Source of the DNA: Candidatus Latescibacterota bacterium
GTDB taxonomy: Bacteria; Latescibacterota; UBA2968; UBA8231
Assembly: GCA_965217585.1 (NCBI GenBank)
Contig: OZ244561.1
Span: 2,720,001 to 2,784,000 of the forward strand
DNA length: 64,000 nt
Direction of reading: 5' to 3'
This document shows, piece by piece, positions 8,930 to 17,724 of the stretch (position 1 is the first letter of the stretch; each line of letters opens with the position of its first letter). The notes beneath the pieces were generated by a model. The model worked only from the letters and a program-made list of their open reading frames with translations. It was not told where the DNA came from and did no database searches. The position numbers were made by a program, and so were the translations under genes.

Positions 8930-9708
8930 GCGATGGCTTTCTTGAGGGTGGTCGCGGTCTCGCCGTCGTCGGCATAGGCCGGCAGGTCGCCACTCAGCGT
9001 TACGCGCCCATCGTAGCCGGATGCGCGCAACGCGTGCAGAAAGAGCGCATGGTCGGCCGGCGTGGTTTGCGGTCGGCCGCGCCCCGGCTCGGCAATGTGG
9101 GCGTGGATCAGGTGCGGCCCGGCTTCTTTGAGCGCGTCGAAGGACTCGCCGTTGAGCTTCATGTGGAAGAAGTCGGCCATCAGCTTGGCATGAGAGCGGT
9201 CAACTTCCTTGATAAACTCGGTCGCTTCGGAGACGGTATTGAGCAGGTTGGCGTCATCGCGGTTATAAGGCTCGAGTGCGACCTTGACGCCCCTCGGTTC
9301 GCCGAGGTCGGCGCACAGGTGCAAAAAGTCGCCGACCTGTTGGCGTGCTCTGTTGCGGTCGAAACCGTCGGGTACCCAGCGCGAGCCACCGCTCCCGTAG
9401 CCGATGACCTCGACTCCAGCCCGTTGCATAAGGTCGAAGACCCGCGTGACAAAAGTACGCAGCCGATCCAAGCTCACGTCGGGGCCGACGACCATCAGCC
9501 CGCGCCCCTGCGGGTCGCCAATAAAGCCGCACATCGTCTTCATCTGGAGCGGGTGCTTTTCCAAAAGCGCTAAGAACTCGCGCTCGGTCGCTTGTGGGTC
9601 GTCGGCATCGATACCGAGCAGACCGGGGGAGCCTTCGAGGTAGTCGAAGTCCCAGTCGGCGGACTCTTCAAGCTCTTGACGATTGGTAACTAAGAGGCCG
9701 ATTTGCAT
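8926..9708 (-). CDS. Sugar phosphate isomerase/epimerase (xylose isomerase-like TIM barrel)
   Basis: GSGGSR, LEPYN, ADFFHM, HAHIAE motifs; ATG at 9708. Confidence 0.85.
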   Translation of the reverse strand: MQIGLLVTNRQELEESADWDFDYLEGSPGLLGIDADDPQATEREFLALLEKHPLQMKTMCGFIGDPQGRGLMVVGPDVSLDRLRTFVTRVFDLMQRAGVEVIGYGSGGSRWVPDGFDRNRARQQVGDFLHLCADLGEPRGVKVALEPYNRDDANLLNTVSEATEFIKEVDRSHAKLMADFFHMKLNGESFDALKEAGPHLIHAHIAEPGRGRPQTTPADHALFLHALRASGYDGRVTLSGDLPAYADDGETATTLKKAIA

Positions 9709-9710
9709 GA

Positions 9711-10799
9711 CTATTTGTCCCTGATCCAACTCATGCCCTCGCCACGCACCAGAAAGGAGCGCTCGTCCCAATGGCCGGGCCGGGTGACGGGCATACGGCC
9801 CTCCTCGACGGCGACGTCGAGCGGGTTGGCGCGGGTTTGCAACGGCAGGGCCACGCGCTCGTGCAGCCTAGCCGACTCATAGACGCCCATCATGATCTCG
9901 GTGGCAGCCTTGCCGTGTTCGGCCTTGCCATAGTAGTCCTCAAAGTCGCCCTCGATCCAGCGGCAGATTCCGTAGGCCTGGTCGACGAAGGCGTTGCCGT
10001 AGCCGCTGGCTTTGTCGGTGGGCGCGAAGTCCTGCCAGCCGTTGGAGTTGGTCGTCATGTAGCGCAGGCTGTTGTCGCTGACGACCATCATGCCGTTTTC
10101 GCCGTAGATGGTCGCCCCCACCTGATAAATATCGTTCATCTCGTTTTCGATCACGCCTTCGACCCCGTCGGGATAGCCGATGATCCCCACGCAGCGATCT
10201 TCGACCCGGTGGCCGAAGACAAAGTGATCGGTGTGGCGCTCGACCGAGCCCATGACCCACTCGGCCTGCGGATCGCCGAGGGCGTAGAGCTGGAAGTCGA
10301 TGCAGTGGGTGCCGGTGTTCATCATCCCGGCCTTGACCGCCGACCACAGCCGCTGCGGCTTGCCGATGGCTCCGTCGGCGATCATCCGCCGCGCCTCGCG
10401 CCAACAAGAGTAAAAGCGGCGCTGGTGGCCGATGGCCAGTTTGACGTCGTTGCGCTGAGCAGCGATGACCATGGCCTCGGCCTCGCCCAAGGAAACGGCC
10501 ATGGGCTTTTCGCAGAGGACGGCTTTGGGCCGGCGGGCGCAGGCAGCGATGGACATTTCCGCGTGCTGGGGGTCCCAAGAGCAAACGCTGACGATGTCGA
10601 GGTTTTCCACGTCGAGCATCTCGCGGTAGTCGAGATACTGCTTTTCGACGTTGAAATCCGCGGCGTAGCTGGCTAAGGCTTCGGGATGCGTATCGGCGAT
10701 GGCGGCTATTTCAGTGTGTTCGCACTCGGCCCAACCGCGGCCGTGCTCGCGGGCAATGCGGCCGGAGGCAATGACGCCAACGCGATATTTGGCGGGCAT
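9711..10799 (-). CDS. Gfo/Idh/MocA family oxidoreductase
   Basis: Rossmann start 'VGVIASGRIA', CEKPMA, GHQRRF, GTHCID. Confidence 0.9.
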   Translation of the reverse strand: MPAKYRVGVIASGRIAREHGRGWAECEHTEIAAIADTHPEALASYAADFNVEKQYLDYREMLDVENLDIVSVCSWDPQHAEMSIAACARRPKAVLCEKPMAVSLGEAEAMVIAAQRNDVKLAIGHQRRFYSCWREARRMIADGAIGKPQRLWSAVKAGMMNTGTHCIDFQLYALGDPQAEWVMGSVERHTDHFVFGHRVEDRCVGIIGYPDGVEGVIENEMNDIYQVGATIYGENGMMVVSDNSLRYMTTNSNGWQDFAPTDKASGYGNAFVDQAYGICRWIEGDFEDYYGKAEHGKAATEIMMGVYESARLHERVALPLQTRANPLDVAVEEGRMPVTRPGHWDERSFLVRGEGMSWIRDK

Positions 10800-10860
10800 A
10801 GAGTCCTTTCGGCTTGAATGCGAAGTCGCCTTCCGTCCGGTTCGTTTCTATAGCCAACTT

Positions 10861-10886
10861 CGGGCAACCACAGGGGTTGCCCCTAC
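10861..10886 (-). repeat. GTAG-family REP-like palindrome
   Basis: Reverse strand GTAGGGGCAACCCCTGTGGTTGCCCG: GTAG tetranucleotide followed by a hairpin. Confidence 0.75.
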
Positions 10887-11797
10887 TTGACGTCGCCTAG
10901 GTGCATCAGCGGCAGCGGTGCCGGGCTATCGCCGTTGAGGAAGTAGATCTTGGCGGCCGGGTCCTTGGAGATGGCTTGCAGGGCTTCGAGCGCCTGGAGC
11001 TTGACGTAGTTGGGATTTTTGCCGATGGCATCGTTGATCTTGGTGATCTCGTAGGCCCGGGCGTCAGCGAGCAGGCGACGCTTCTCGGCTTCGGCTGAGG
11101 CGGCGTCCTTTTCGGCTATGGCTAGGGCGATTTTCTGCTGCTGCTCGGTGTCGTAGCGCTCGAGCTCGGCCTTTTGTTTTTCGACCTCCTGCTCGCGCTC
11201 CTTCTTGGACTCAATGGCCTTAGTGATAAAGGGCGGCAATGTGATATCGCGGATCAGCACGGCCTCTACCGCGACCCCCTTGGTACCCAGATAGTCCTTC
11301 AACCCTTCGAGTAGCGCTATCTGCAGGGTGTTCTGGGTCTCTTCGAGGAAGAAGTCCTCGGCGCGCCTGATGGTCTTGCCCTGTTCGCGGATCTGCGAGC
11401 GCAGCTTAGGCACGATGTGTACGGCGAGCACGTCGTTGATAGAGCCGGTCTCTTTTAAGATACTTGGCGCTTGGTGGCCGACGATGCGATACTGGACGCT
11501 GACGTCGATTTTGGTCTGTAGCTGGTCCTGGCTGGGGACGTTGGAGGTTTCGGAGTGGGTCTTCTGGCGCACGTCGTAGAAGTACCATTGGTAGAGCGGG
11601 TTGACGGGGATGTGCAGGCCTTCGGTGAAGTGGGTGGGCTGGACTTCGCCGAAGAGGGTGGCGACGGCCACGTGGCCGGCCGGGACGCTTTGGTAGAAGC
11701 GCGGGCTGATGAGGAAGACGAGGAAGACGGCGACGATGATGGCGATGATGGACTTAGGGAGCTGGATCATGGGGGGCCTCCTTACGGGCTGGGACAT
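10883..11797 (-). CDS. SPFH/prohibitin (Band 7) family membrane protein
   Basis: N-terminal TM, 'VPAGHVAV...FG.V...EGLH..NP', 'VLIRDITLP..I..AIE.K', C-terminal coiled coil. Confidence 0.9.
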   Translation of the reverse strand: MSQPVRRPPMIQLPKSIIAIIVAVFLVFLISPRFYQSVPAGHVAVATLFGEVQPTHFTEGLHIPVNPLYQWYFYDVRQKTHSETSNVPSQDQLQTKIDVSVQYRIVGHQAPSILKETGSINDVLAVHIVPKLRSQIREQGKTIRRAEDFFLEETQNTLQIALLEGLKDYLGTKGVAVEAVLIRDITLPPFITKAIESKKEREQEVEKQKAELERYDTEQQQKIALAIAEKDAASAEAEKRRLLADARAYEITKINDAIGKNPNYVKLQALEALQAISKDPAAKIYFLNGDSPAPLPLMHLGDVK

Positions 11798-11916
11798 TTC
11801 TTCCTACCTTTAATCGGGTGGGAGGGAGATCAGTAGCCTAGAAGGTAAATCCTTCACCTATAAATGTCCATTAAAACACCCAAGCCTACATACTCGGCTG
11901 CAAACGGGCGGACCTC

Positions 11917-13296
11917 GTGCTCCTGACCATAAGTACGGTCCATCAGCCCGCCACGGACTTAGGCTATCTCCTGCACAAGCACCCAGGCCGCGCCCAAGCC
12001 CTTGAATTGCCCTTTGGGACGGCACACGTCTTCTATCCAGAAGCCTCGTCTGAGCGATGCACGGCCGCGTTGCTCCTCGACGTAGATCCAACCGCGCTCA
12101 AGCGGAGTTCGGCATCCCCCGACTTCGCGCTGGCGTCTTATGTCAACGATCGTCCCTACGCGGCCTCTTCTTTTACCAGCGTAGCCATTGCCCGAGTGTT
12201 TACCTCGGCCTTGAACGGACAGTGCCGAGACCGAGCCGAGCTAGTAGACCAGGCCCTGCCGTTGCGAGTCGGCGTTAGCGCGCTGCCCTGCCGGGGGGGC
12301 GAGGACTTGTTGCGCGGCCTCTTTGAGCCGTTGGGATATGCGGTGGAGGCTAGGGGCTTTTTGCTCGACGAGCATTTTCCAGAGTGGGGAAACGGCCCCT
12401 ATTACGAGGTCGAGCTACAGTGCGTGCGGCCATTAAAAGAAGTGCTGGCGCATTTGTATGTGCTGATACCGGTGCTCGACGACGAGAAGCACTACTACGT
12501 GGGGGAGGAAGAGATCGACAAGCTGATGAGGCGAGGCGGGGAATGGCTGGCAGGCCACCCGCTGCGCGATCTAGTCGTCGAGCGCTACCTAAAGCACCAG
12601 CGAGGTCTGAAGCAGGCCGCGCTGTCGCGGCTTTTGGTAGAGGAAGCAGGGGAGGCCGAAAACCACGCGGGCGAAGAGGCACTCGAAGCGGAGCTGAGCT
12701 TGAACCAACAGCGCTTGGCCGCCGTGTTCGAGGTGCTCAAGGCGAGCGGTGCCCGGCGGGTGCTGGACCTCGGCTGTGGAGAGGGGCGACTGCTCGCGCT
12801 GTTGGCGGCGGAAGTGCAGTTCACCGAAGTGGCGGGGATGGATGTGTCGCCGCAAGCCCTGTCGCGCGCTCGTCGGCGGCTAGAGAGGCTACCCCGCGGC
12901 GAACAGGTCTCGGTTTTTCAAGGGTCGCTGGCCTATCGCGATGCCCGGTTGAGCGGGTACGACGCCGCGGCGCTGGTGGAGGTCGTCGAGCATTTAGATC
13001 CGCCGCAGCTACGGGCCTGCGAGCGGACCGTGTTCGAGTTCGCCCGCCCCGCTACGGTAGTGATAACCACTCCCAACGCCGAATACAACGCCCATTGGGA
13101 CGCGCTGCCGGCCGGTGCATTCCGCCATCCCGACCACCGCTTTGAATGGCGGCGAGCGGAATTCGGGGCTTGGGCCGAGCAGGTGGGGAAGCGCTATGGA
13201 TATGCCGTTCGCATGGCGCCCGTCGGCCCGGAGGACCCCGAGCTAGGCGCGCCGACGCAAATGGCGATTTTCTCTGCGGAGGGCACTGGTGGCTGA
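11917..13296 (+). CDS. hen1: 3'-terminal RNA ribose 2'-O-methyltransferase Hen1
   Basis: Signature MLLTIST..PATDLGYLLHKHP, YVNDRPYAASS, LDLGCGEG, EVVEHL, TPN.EYN, FRHPDHRFEW. Confidence 0.95.
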   Translation: MLLTISTVHQPATDLGYLLHKHPGRAQALELPFGTAHVFYPEASSERCTAALLLDVDPTALKRSSASPDFALASYVNDRPYAASSFTSVAIARVFTSALNGQCRDRAELVDQALPLRVGVSALPCRGGEDLLRGLFEPLGYAVEARGFLLDEHFPEWGNGPYYEVELQCVRPLKEVLAHLYVLIPVLDDEKHYYVGEEEIDKLMRRGGEWLAGHPLRDLVVERYLKHQRGLKQAALSRLLVEEAGEAENHAGEEALEAELSLNQQRLAAVFEVLKASGARRVLDLGCGEGRLLALLAAEVQFTEVAGMDVSPQALSRARRRLERLPRGEQVSVFQGSLAYRDARLSGYDAAALVEVVEHLDPPQLRACERTVFEFARPATVVITTPNAEYNAHWDALPAGAFRHPDHRFEWRRAEFGAWAEQVGKRYGYAVRMAPVGPEDPELGAPTQMAIFSAEGTGG

Positions 13297-15814
13297 CGAG
13301 AAAATCCGCCTCTCGATACCCGACCTCTCGCTGGTGGTGCTAATCGGCGTTTCTAGCGCGGGCAAATCGACCTTCGCCCGCGAGCACTTCCTCCCGACCG
13401 AAGTGCTTTCCGCTGACTTTTTTCGCGGAGTGGTCGCAGACGACGAAAACAGCTTAGAGGCCACGGACGATGCGTTTGCCGCTCTGCACTTTGTCGCCGC
13501 CCGCCGCTTGGCACGGGGCCTTTTGACCGTGGTAGATGCGACCAACGTGCAGCCCGAGGCGCGGAAGCCGCTGGTGGCGCTGGCCAAGCGCTATCACGCC
13601 CAGCCGGTGGCCATCGTCTTCAACCTGCCTCGGGCGCTCTGCGAGGAGCGCGCGGCCGGGCGTACAGACCGCGACTTGCCTCCCCACGTGATCCCCCGGC
13701 AACACAGTCAGCTACGCCGCGGCCTCAAGGGCCTCAAGCGCGAGGGCTTTCGCCGCTCCTTTGCGCTGCGCTCGCCCGCAGACGTGGCGCGGGTCGAAGT
13801 GGTGCGAGAGAAACTGTGGCCCGACCGCCGCGAGGAGCGCGGTCCGTTTGACATCATCGGCGATGTGCACGGGTGTTGTGCCGAACTCGAAGCCCTGCTC
13901 GACCGGCTAGGGTATCGCATCTCAGAGGGAAAGGTGGAGCCGCCGCCGGGGCACAAGGCCGTCTTTGTCGGCGATCTGGTGGACCGTGGACCCAATGCCC
14001 CCGGCGTTCTCGCGCTGGTCATGCGCATGGTGGAGTCGGGCGCGGCCCTGTGCGTGCCGGGCAATCACGACGCGCGCTTGGTCCGGGCCTTGCAAGGCAG
14101 AAAGGTCCAGCGCACGCACGGCTTGGAGGAGACGCTCGCCCAACTCGCCGACGAGACGGCGGAGTTCAAGAAAAAAGTCGAGACCTTTCTCGGCGGCCTA
14201 GTCAGCCACTACGTCCTCGACGGAGGTGCGCTGGTGGTAGCGCACGCTGGTATGAAGGAGGAAATGGCCGGCCGCGCCTCCGGGGCCGTGCGGGCGTTTG
14301 CCCTGTACGGGGACCCGACGGGCGAGGAGGACGAATTTGGCTTGCCGGTGCGCCGCGATTGGGCGGCTGAGTATCGGGGCCGCGCCCGCGTCGTCTATGG
14401 CCACACGCCTGTGGCGCAGTCGGAGTGGGTCAACAACGCGATCAACATCGACACCGGCTGCGTCTTTGGCGGCGCACTGACGGCGCTGCGCTATCCCGAG
14501 TTGGAACTCGTATCAGTCCCGGCCAAGGCGCAGTACGCCGACCCGGTCCGCCCCTTGGCGGTGCAACAGACGCGCGACGATGTACTCGACTTGGCGGATG
14601 TGGCCGGGGGCCGGCGGGTGGAGACGCGGTTGATGGGCCGAGTTACCGTCCATGCAGAGCGGGCGGCCGCGGCGCTGGAGGTGATGAGCCGCTTTGCAGT
14701 TGATCACCGGTGGCTGATCTATCTGCCGCCGACGATGGCCCCGCCCCAAACCAGCACCCGCCCTGACTTGCTCGAACACCCGGACGAGGTCTTGGCGTAC
14801 TATCGCCGCTGCGGCGTGCGCGAGCTCATCTGTGAGGAGAAGCAAATGGGCTCGCGGGCCGTGTTGGTCGTTTGCCGCGACCCGGTGACAGCGCAGCGGC
14901 GCTTTGGGGTCGAGGACGGCAGCGCGGGCATTTGCTACACGCGCACGGGCCGCCGTTTTTTCACGGATACGGCTTTGGAAGCGGGGCTCTTGGACCACGT
15001 GCGCCGGGCCTTTGAGCGCAGCGAGCTGTGGAATGCGCTGGCGACGGACTGGGCGGTACTCGACGCCGAGATCATGCCTTGGTCGGCCAAGGCGCAGCAG
15101 CTACTCGAAGACCAGTACGCAGCAGTGGGCGCGGCGGCGCGAATGTCGCTGGCAGCGGCCGTGGGCGCGCTGGAGCAGGCGGCCGCGCGGGGTATAGCCG
15201 TCGGCGAGCTGTTGAGCCGTTGCCGCAGCCGGGCCGAGTCCGTGGCGCGCTACGCAGCGGCCTATCGCCCCTATTGCTGGCCGGTGCACTCGCTCAAGGA
15301 TCTCAAATTGGCTCCTTTTCACCTCTTGGCCACGGAGGGGCAGGTCCACGTCAACCAGACCCACGCGTGGCATCTGGAGACCTTGGACAAGCTCTGCGCG
15401 GCCGAGCCGGATTTGCTGTGCCGGATAGATCGCCGGCGGGTGGTTTTGGACGATATGCACAGCAGCAGCGCAGCGGTCCAGTGGTGGGAAGAACTGACCG
15501 CAAGCGACAGCGAGGGTTTCGTCGCCAAGCCCTTGGACTTCGTCTGCACAGGCGGACGCGGCCTCGTCCAGCCGGCGCTTAAGTGCCGGGGCCGCGCGTA
15601 TCTGCGGCTGATCTACGGGCCTGAGTACACGGAGCGCCTAGACCTTTTGCGCCGCCGCAACCTCAAGGGCAAGCAGGCGTTGGCACTGCGGGAGTTCGCG
15701 CTGGGGGTGGAGGGTTTGGAGCGGTTCGTCGCCGGGCAGCCCTTGCGCCGGGTACACGAATGCGTCTTTGGGGTCTTGGCGTTGGAAAGCGAGCCGGTTG
15801 ACCCTCGGTTTTAG
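13289..15814 (+). CDS. pnkp: Bacterial polynucleotide kinase-phosphatase-ligase Pnkp
   Basis: Kinase GVSSAGKST; phosphoesterase GDVHG/GDLVDRG/GNHD/GHTP; ligase EEKQMGSR; C-terminal ESEPVDPR; overlaps hen1. Confidence 0.95.
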   Translation: MADEKIRLSIPDLSLVVLIGVSSAGKSTFAREHFLPTEVLSADFFRGVVADDENSLEATDDAFAALHFVAARRLARGLLTVVDATNVQPEARKPLVALAKRYHAQPVAIVFNLPRALCEERAAGRTDRDLPPHVIPRQHSQLRRGLKGLKREGFRRSFALRSPADVARVEVVREKLWPDRREERGPFDIIGDVHGCCAELEALLDRLGYRISEGKVEPPPGHKAVFVGDLVDRGPNAPGVLALVMRMVESGAALCVPGNHDARLVRALQGRKVQRTHGLEETLAQLADETAEFKKKVETFLGGLVSHYVLDGGALVVAHAGMKEEMAGRASGAVRAFALYGDPTGEEDEFGLPVRRDWAAEYRGRARVVYGHTPVAQSEWVNNAINIDTGCVFGGALTALRYPELELVSVPAKAQYADPVRPLAVQQTRDDVLDLADVAGGRRVETRLMGRVTVHAERAAAALEVMSRFAVDHRWLIYLPPTMAPPQTSTRPDLLEHPDEVLAYYRRCGVRELICEEKQMGSRAVLVVCRDPVTAQRRFGVEDGSAGICYTRTGRRFFTDTALEAGLLDHVRRAFERSELWNALATDWAVLDAEIMPWSAKAQQLLEDQYAAVGAAARMSLAAAVGALEQAAARGIAVGELLSRCRSRAESVARYAAAYRPYCWPVHSLKDLKLAPFHLLATEGQVHVNQTHAWHLETLDKLCAAEPDLLCRIDRRRVVLDDMHSSSAAVQWWEELTASDSEGFVAKPLDFVCTGGRGLVQPALKCRGRAYLRLIYGPEYTERLDLLRRRNLKGKQALALREFALGVEGLERFVAGQPLRRVHECVFGVLALESEPVDPRF

Positions 15815-15886
15815 CAATGGGCCGCTTGCGCCGCAGCCCACTGTCTCGGTATTATCAAGTAGTTACGTCTCGACGGAGGACAGACC

Positions 15887-16456
15887 ATGATTACCATTAC
15901 TGAAGCAGCAGAACAGAAAATTGCCACCCTAGTCGCCGCGAGCGAAAAGCCGGTCAAGGGCCTGCGCATCGGTGCCCGCCTCGATCCCGCCAAGCAGGTT
16001 GACTACAAGCTGGCCTTCGTATCCGACCAGCAGGTAGGCAGCGACGATCAGGTTGCCCACTTTGAGGGCTTTGACGTGTACATAGATCCCGAAAGCGCCG
16101 ACCTGTTGGCGGAAGCCAGGGTGGATTACGTAGATGGGCTTATGGGTTCGGGCTTCAAGATCGAGCGCCCGCGCAAGATGCCCGCGCATCTGAGCGGCCC
16201 GGTGGCCGAGGCCGTCCACCGCGTCATTGAAACCCAAATCAACCCAGGCGTAGCCTCGCACGGCGGCGTGGTGACCTTAGTGGACATCAAGGGCAACACG
16301 GTCTTCGTGCAGATGGGCGGGGGCTGTCAGGGTTGTGGCCAAGCCGATGTGACGCTTAAACAGGGCATCATTCGCATGATCAAGGAAGCGGTGCCCGAGG
16401 TGGAGGCCGTAGAGGACGCGACGGATCACGCCTCGGGAGAAAACCCGTACTATTAG
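15887..16456 (+). CDS. nfuA: Fe/S biogenesis protein NfuA
   Basis: Degenerate A-type N-domain (MITITEAA) plus NifU-C domain INP.VASHGG...GGCQGC. Confidence 0.9.
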   Translation: MITITEAAEQKIATLVAASEKPVKGLRIGARLDPAKQVDYKLAFVSDQQVGSDDQVAHFEGFDVYIDPESADLLAEARVDYVDGLMGSGFKIERPRKMPAHLSGPVAEAVHRVIETQINPGVASHGGVVTLVDIKGNTVFVQMGGGCQGCGQADVTLKQGIIRMIKEAVPEVEAVEDATDHASGENPYY

Positions 16457-16473
16457 TCCCGAAGAGAGGATCT

Positions 16474-17277
16474 ATGGCAACGGCTTTGCCGCTGGTGGCG
16501 CGGCCCGATCTCGAGGGCTATGTGCAGGCGATGAAGGACGACGGGTACGCCTATTTTCCCCAGGCGCTCAACGAGCAAGAGGTCGCCGACTTGCGCCAGG
16601 CCATGGACGAGCTGACCGCGCTGGAGGAAAGCTACGACCGCCACACCGACCCGGCCGCGCACGGCTTTCTCAACAAGAGCATTAACAACGCGTTCAACCG
16701 CGCGCCGGTCTTCACCCAGTACTTGGACCGGCCCGAAATCATCGACCTAGTCGAGGCGGTACACGGCGACGACTGCCACTGCATCGGCATGACGGCTTGG
16801 ATAACTGGCCCAGGTCGCCCGGACCAAACCCTGCACGCCGACTGGCAACCGCTGACCCTGCCCGAAGAAGTCATGGATCACCCAGAGGTAGAAATTCCGA
16901 TCTTTATCACCACGGCCCATTACTATCTCGACGATCTGACCGACGAGTTGGGGCCGACTCACTTCGTGCCAGGCAGCCACCGCGCGGGTAGGCGACCCCG
17001 TGCGGGTGAGACCAGCTTTAAGGGCATCGAGGAGCAGAGCATCTTGTGCAAGGCCGGCGACTGCGTGTTGTTCCGCTGCGAGGTCTGGCATCGAGGCACG
17101 GCCAATACGAGCGAGCAGACGCGCTACCTGCTGCAAGTACACTACGCCCAGCGCATTATCACCCAAAAGTACCCACCTTATCTGAACAAATTCCAATTCG
17201 ACGCGGCCCTGTTGGCACAGGCCACGCCACGGCAGCAGCGGCTTTTGGGTGACCACGTGCCGAGCAATTACGACTAG
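16474..17277 (+). CDS. PhyH family dioxygenase
   Basis: DGY, LHAD, GPTHFVPGSH, AGD..LF...WHRG.AN. Confidence 0.85.
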   Translation: MATALPLVARPDLEGYVQAMKDDGYAYFPQALNEQEVADLRQAMDELTALEESYDRHTDPAAHGFLNKSINNAFNRAPVFTQYLDRPEIIDLVEAVHGDDCHCIGMTAWITGPGRPDQTLHADWQPLTLPEEVMDHPEVEIPIFITTAHYYLDDLTDELGPTHFVPGSHRAGRRPRAGETSFKGIEEQSILCKAGDCVLFRCEVWHRGTANTSEQTRYLLQVHYAQRIITQKYPPYLNKFQFDAALLAQATPRQQRLLGDHVPSNYD

Positions 17278-17280
17278 CAA

Positions 17281-17308
17281 GTAGGGGCGACCGGCCGGTC
17301 GCCCCTAC
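17281..17308. repeat. GTAG-family REP-like palindrome
   Basis: Perfect palindrome GTAGGGGCGACCGGCCGGTCGCCCCTAC directly after the PhyH stop. Confidence 0.8.
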
Positions 17309-17350
17309 CACCCGGATTACGGCCCCCGCCGAATGGATGAATAATACACT

Positions 17351-17722
17351 ATGGCTGATTCCCCCATATCCGTCCTGCTCTTCGAAGACAATCCCATTCA
17401 CGCCCGCCTGTTGCAGAACTTGCTGAAACCGGAATTTGCCGTGGAAGCGGTCGATCATTTAGCGGCTGGCCTAGTGCGGTTAGAAGCCGGTGGCATCGAC
17501 GCAATCCTCCTCGACCTGGTACTGCCCGACAGCCAAGAGATGGCCACCTTCGAGCGCGTCAAAGCAACCGTCCCGAATATCCCCGTACTGGTCCTGACTG
17601 GCCTCGATGACGAAGTGCTCGCCGAAGAGGCCGTAGCGGCCGGCGCCCGCGATTACCTAATCAAAACGCAGATCGATGGCGAGAGTTTGGCCCGGTCTAT
17701 CCGGGCGGCCGTAGCAGGTTAG
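17351..17722 (+). CDS. Single-domain response regulator (receiver)
   Basis: [27 protein letters not shown]. Confidence 0.9.
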   Translation: MADSPISVLLFEDNPIHARLLQNLLKPEFAVEAVDHLAAGLVRLEAGGIDAILLDLVLPDSQEMATFERVKATVPNIPVLVLTGLDDEVLAEEAVAAGARDYLIKTQIDGESLARSIRAAVAG

Positions 17723-17724
17723 CG

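Noticed and set aside
9771-10676. Long antisense or alternative-frame ORFs (also 17814-18788, 20997-21995, 27905-28723 and many others)
   Set aside because: Shadow ORFs of GC-rich genes that have clear family motifs on the other strand or frame.
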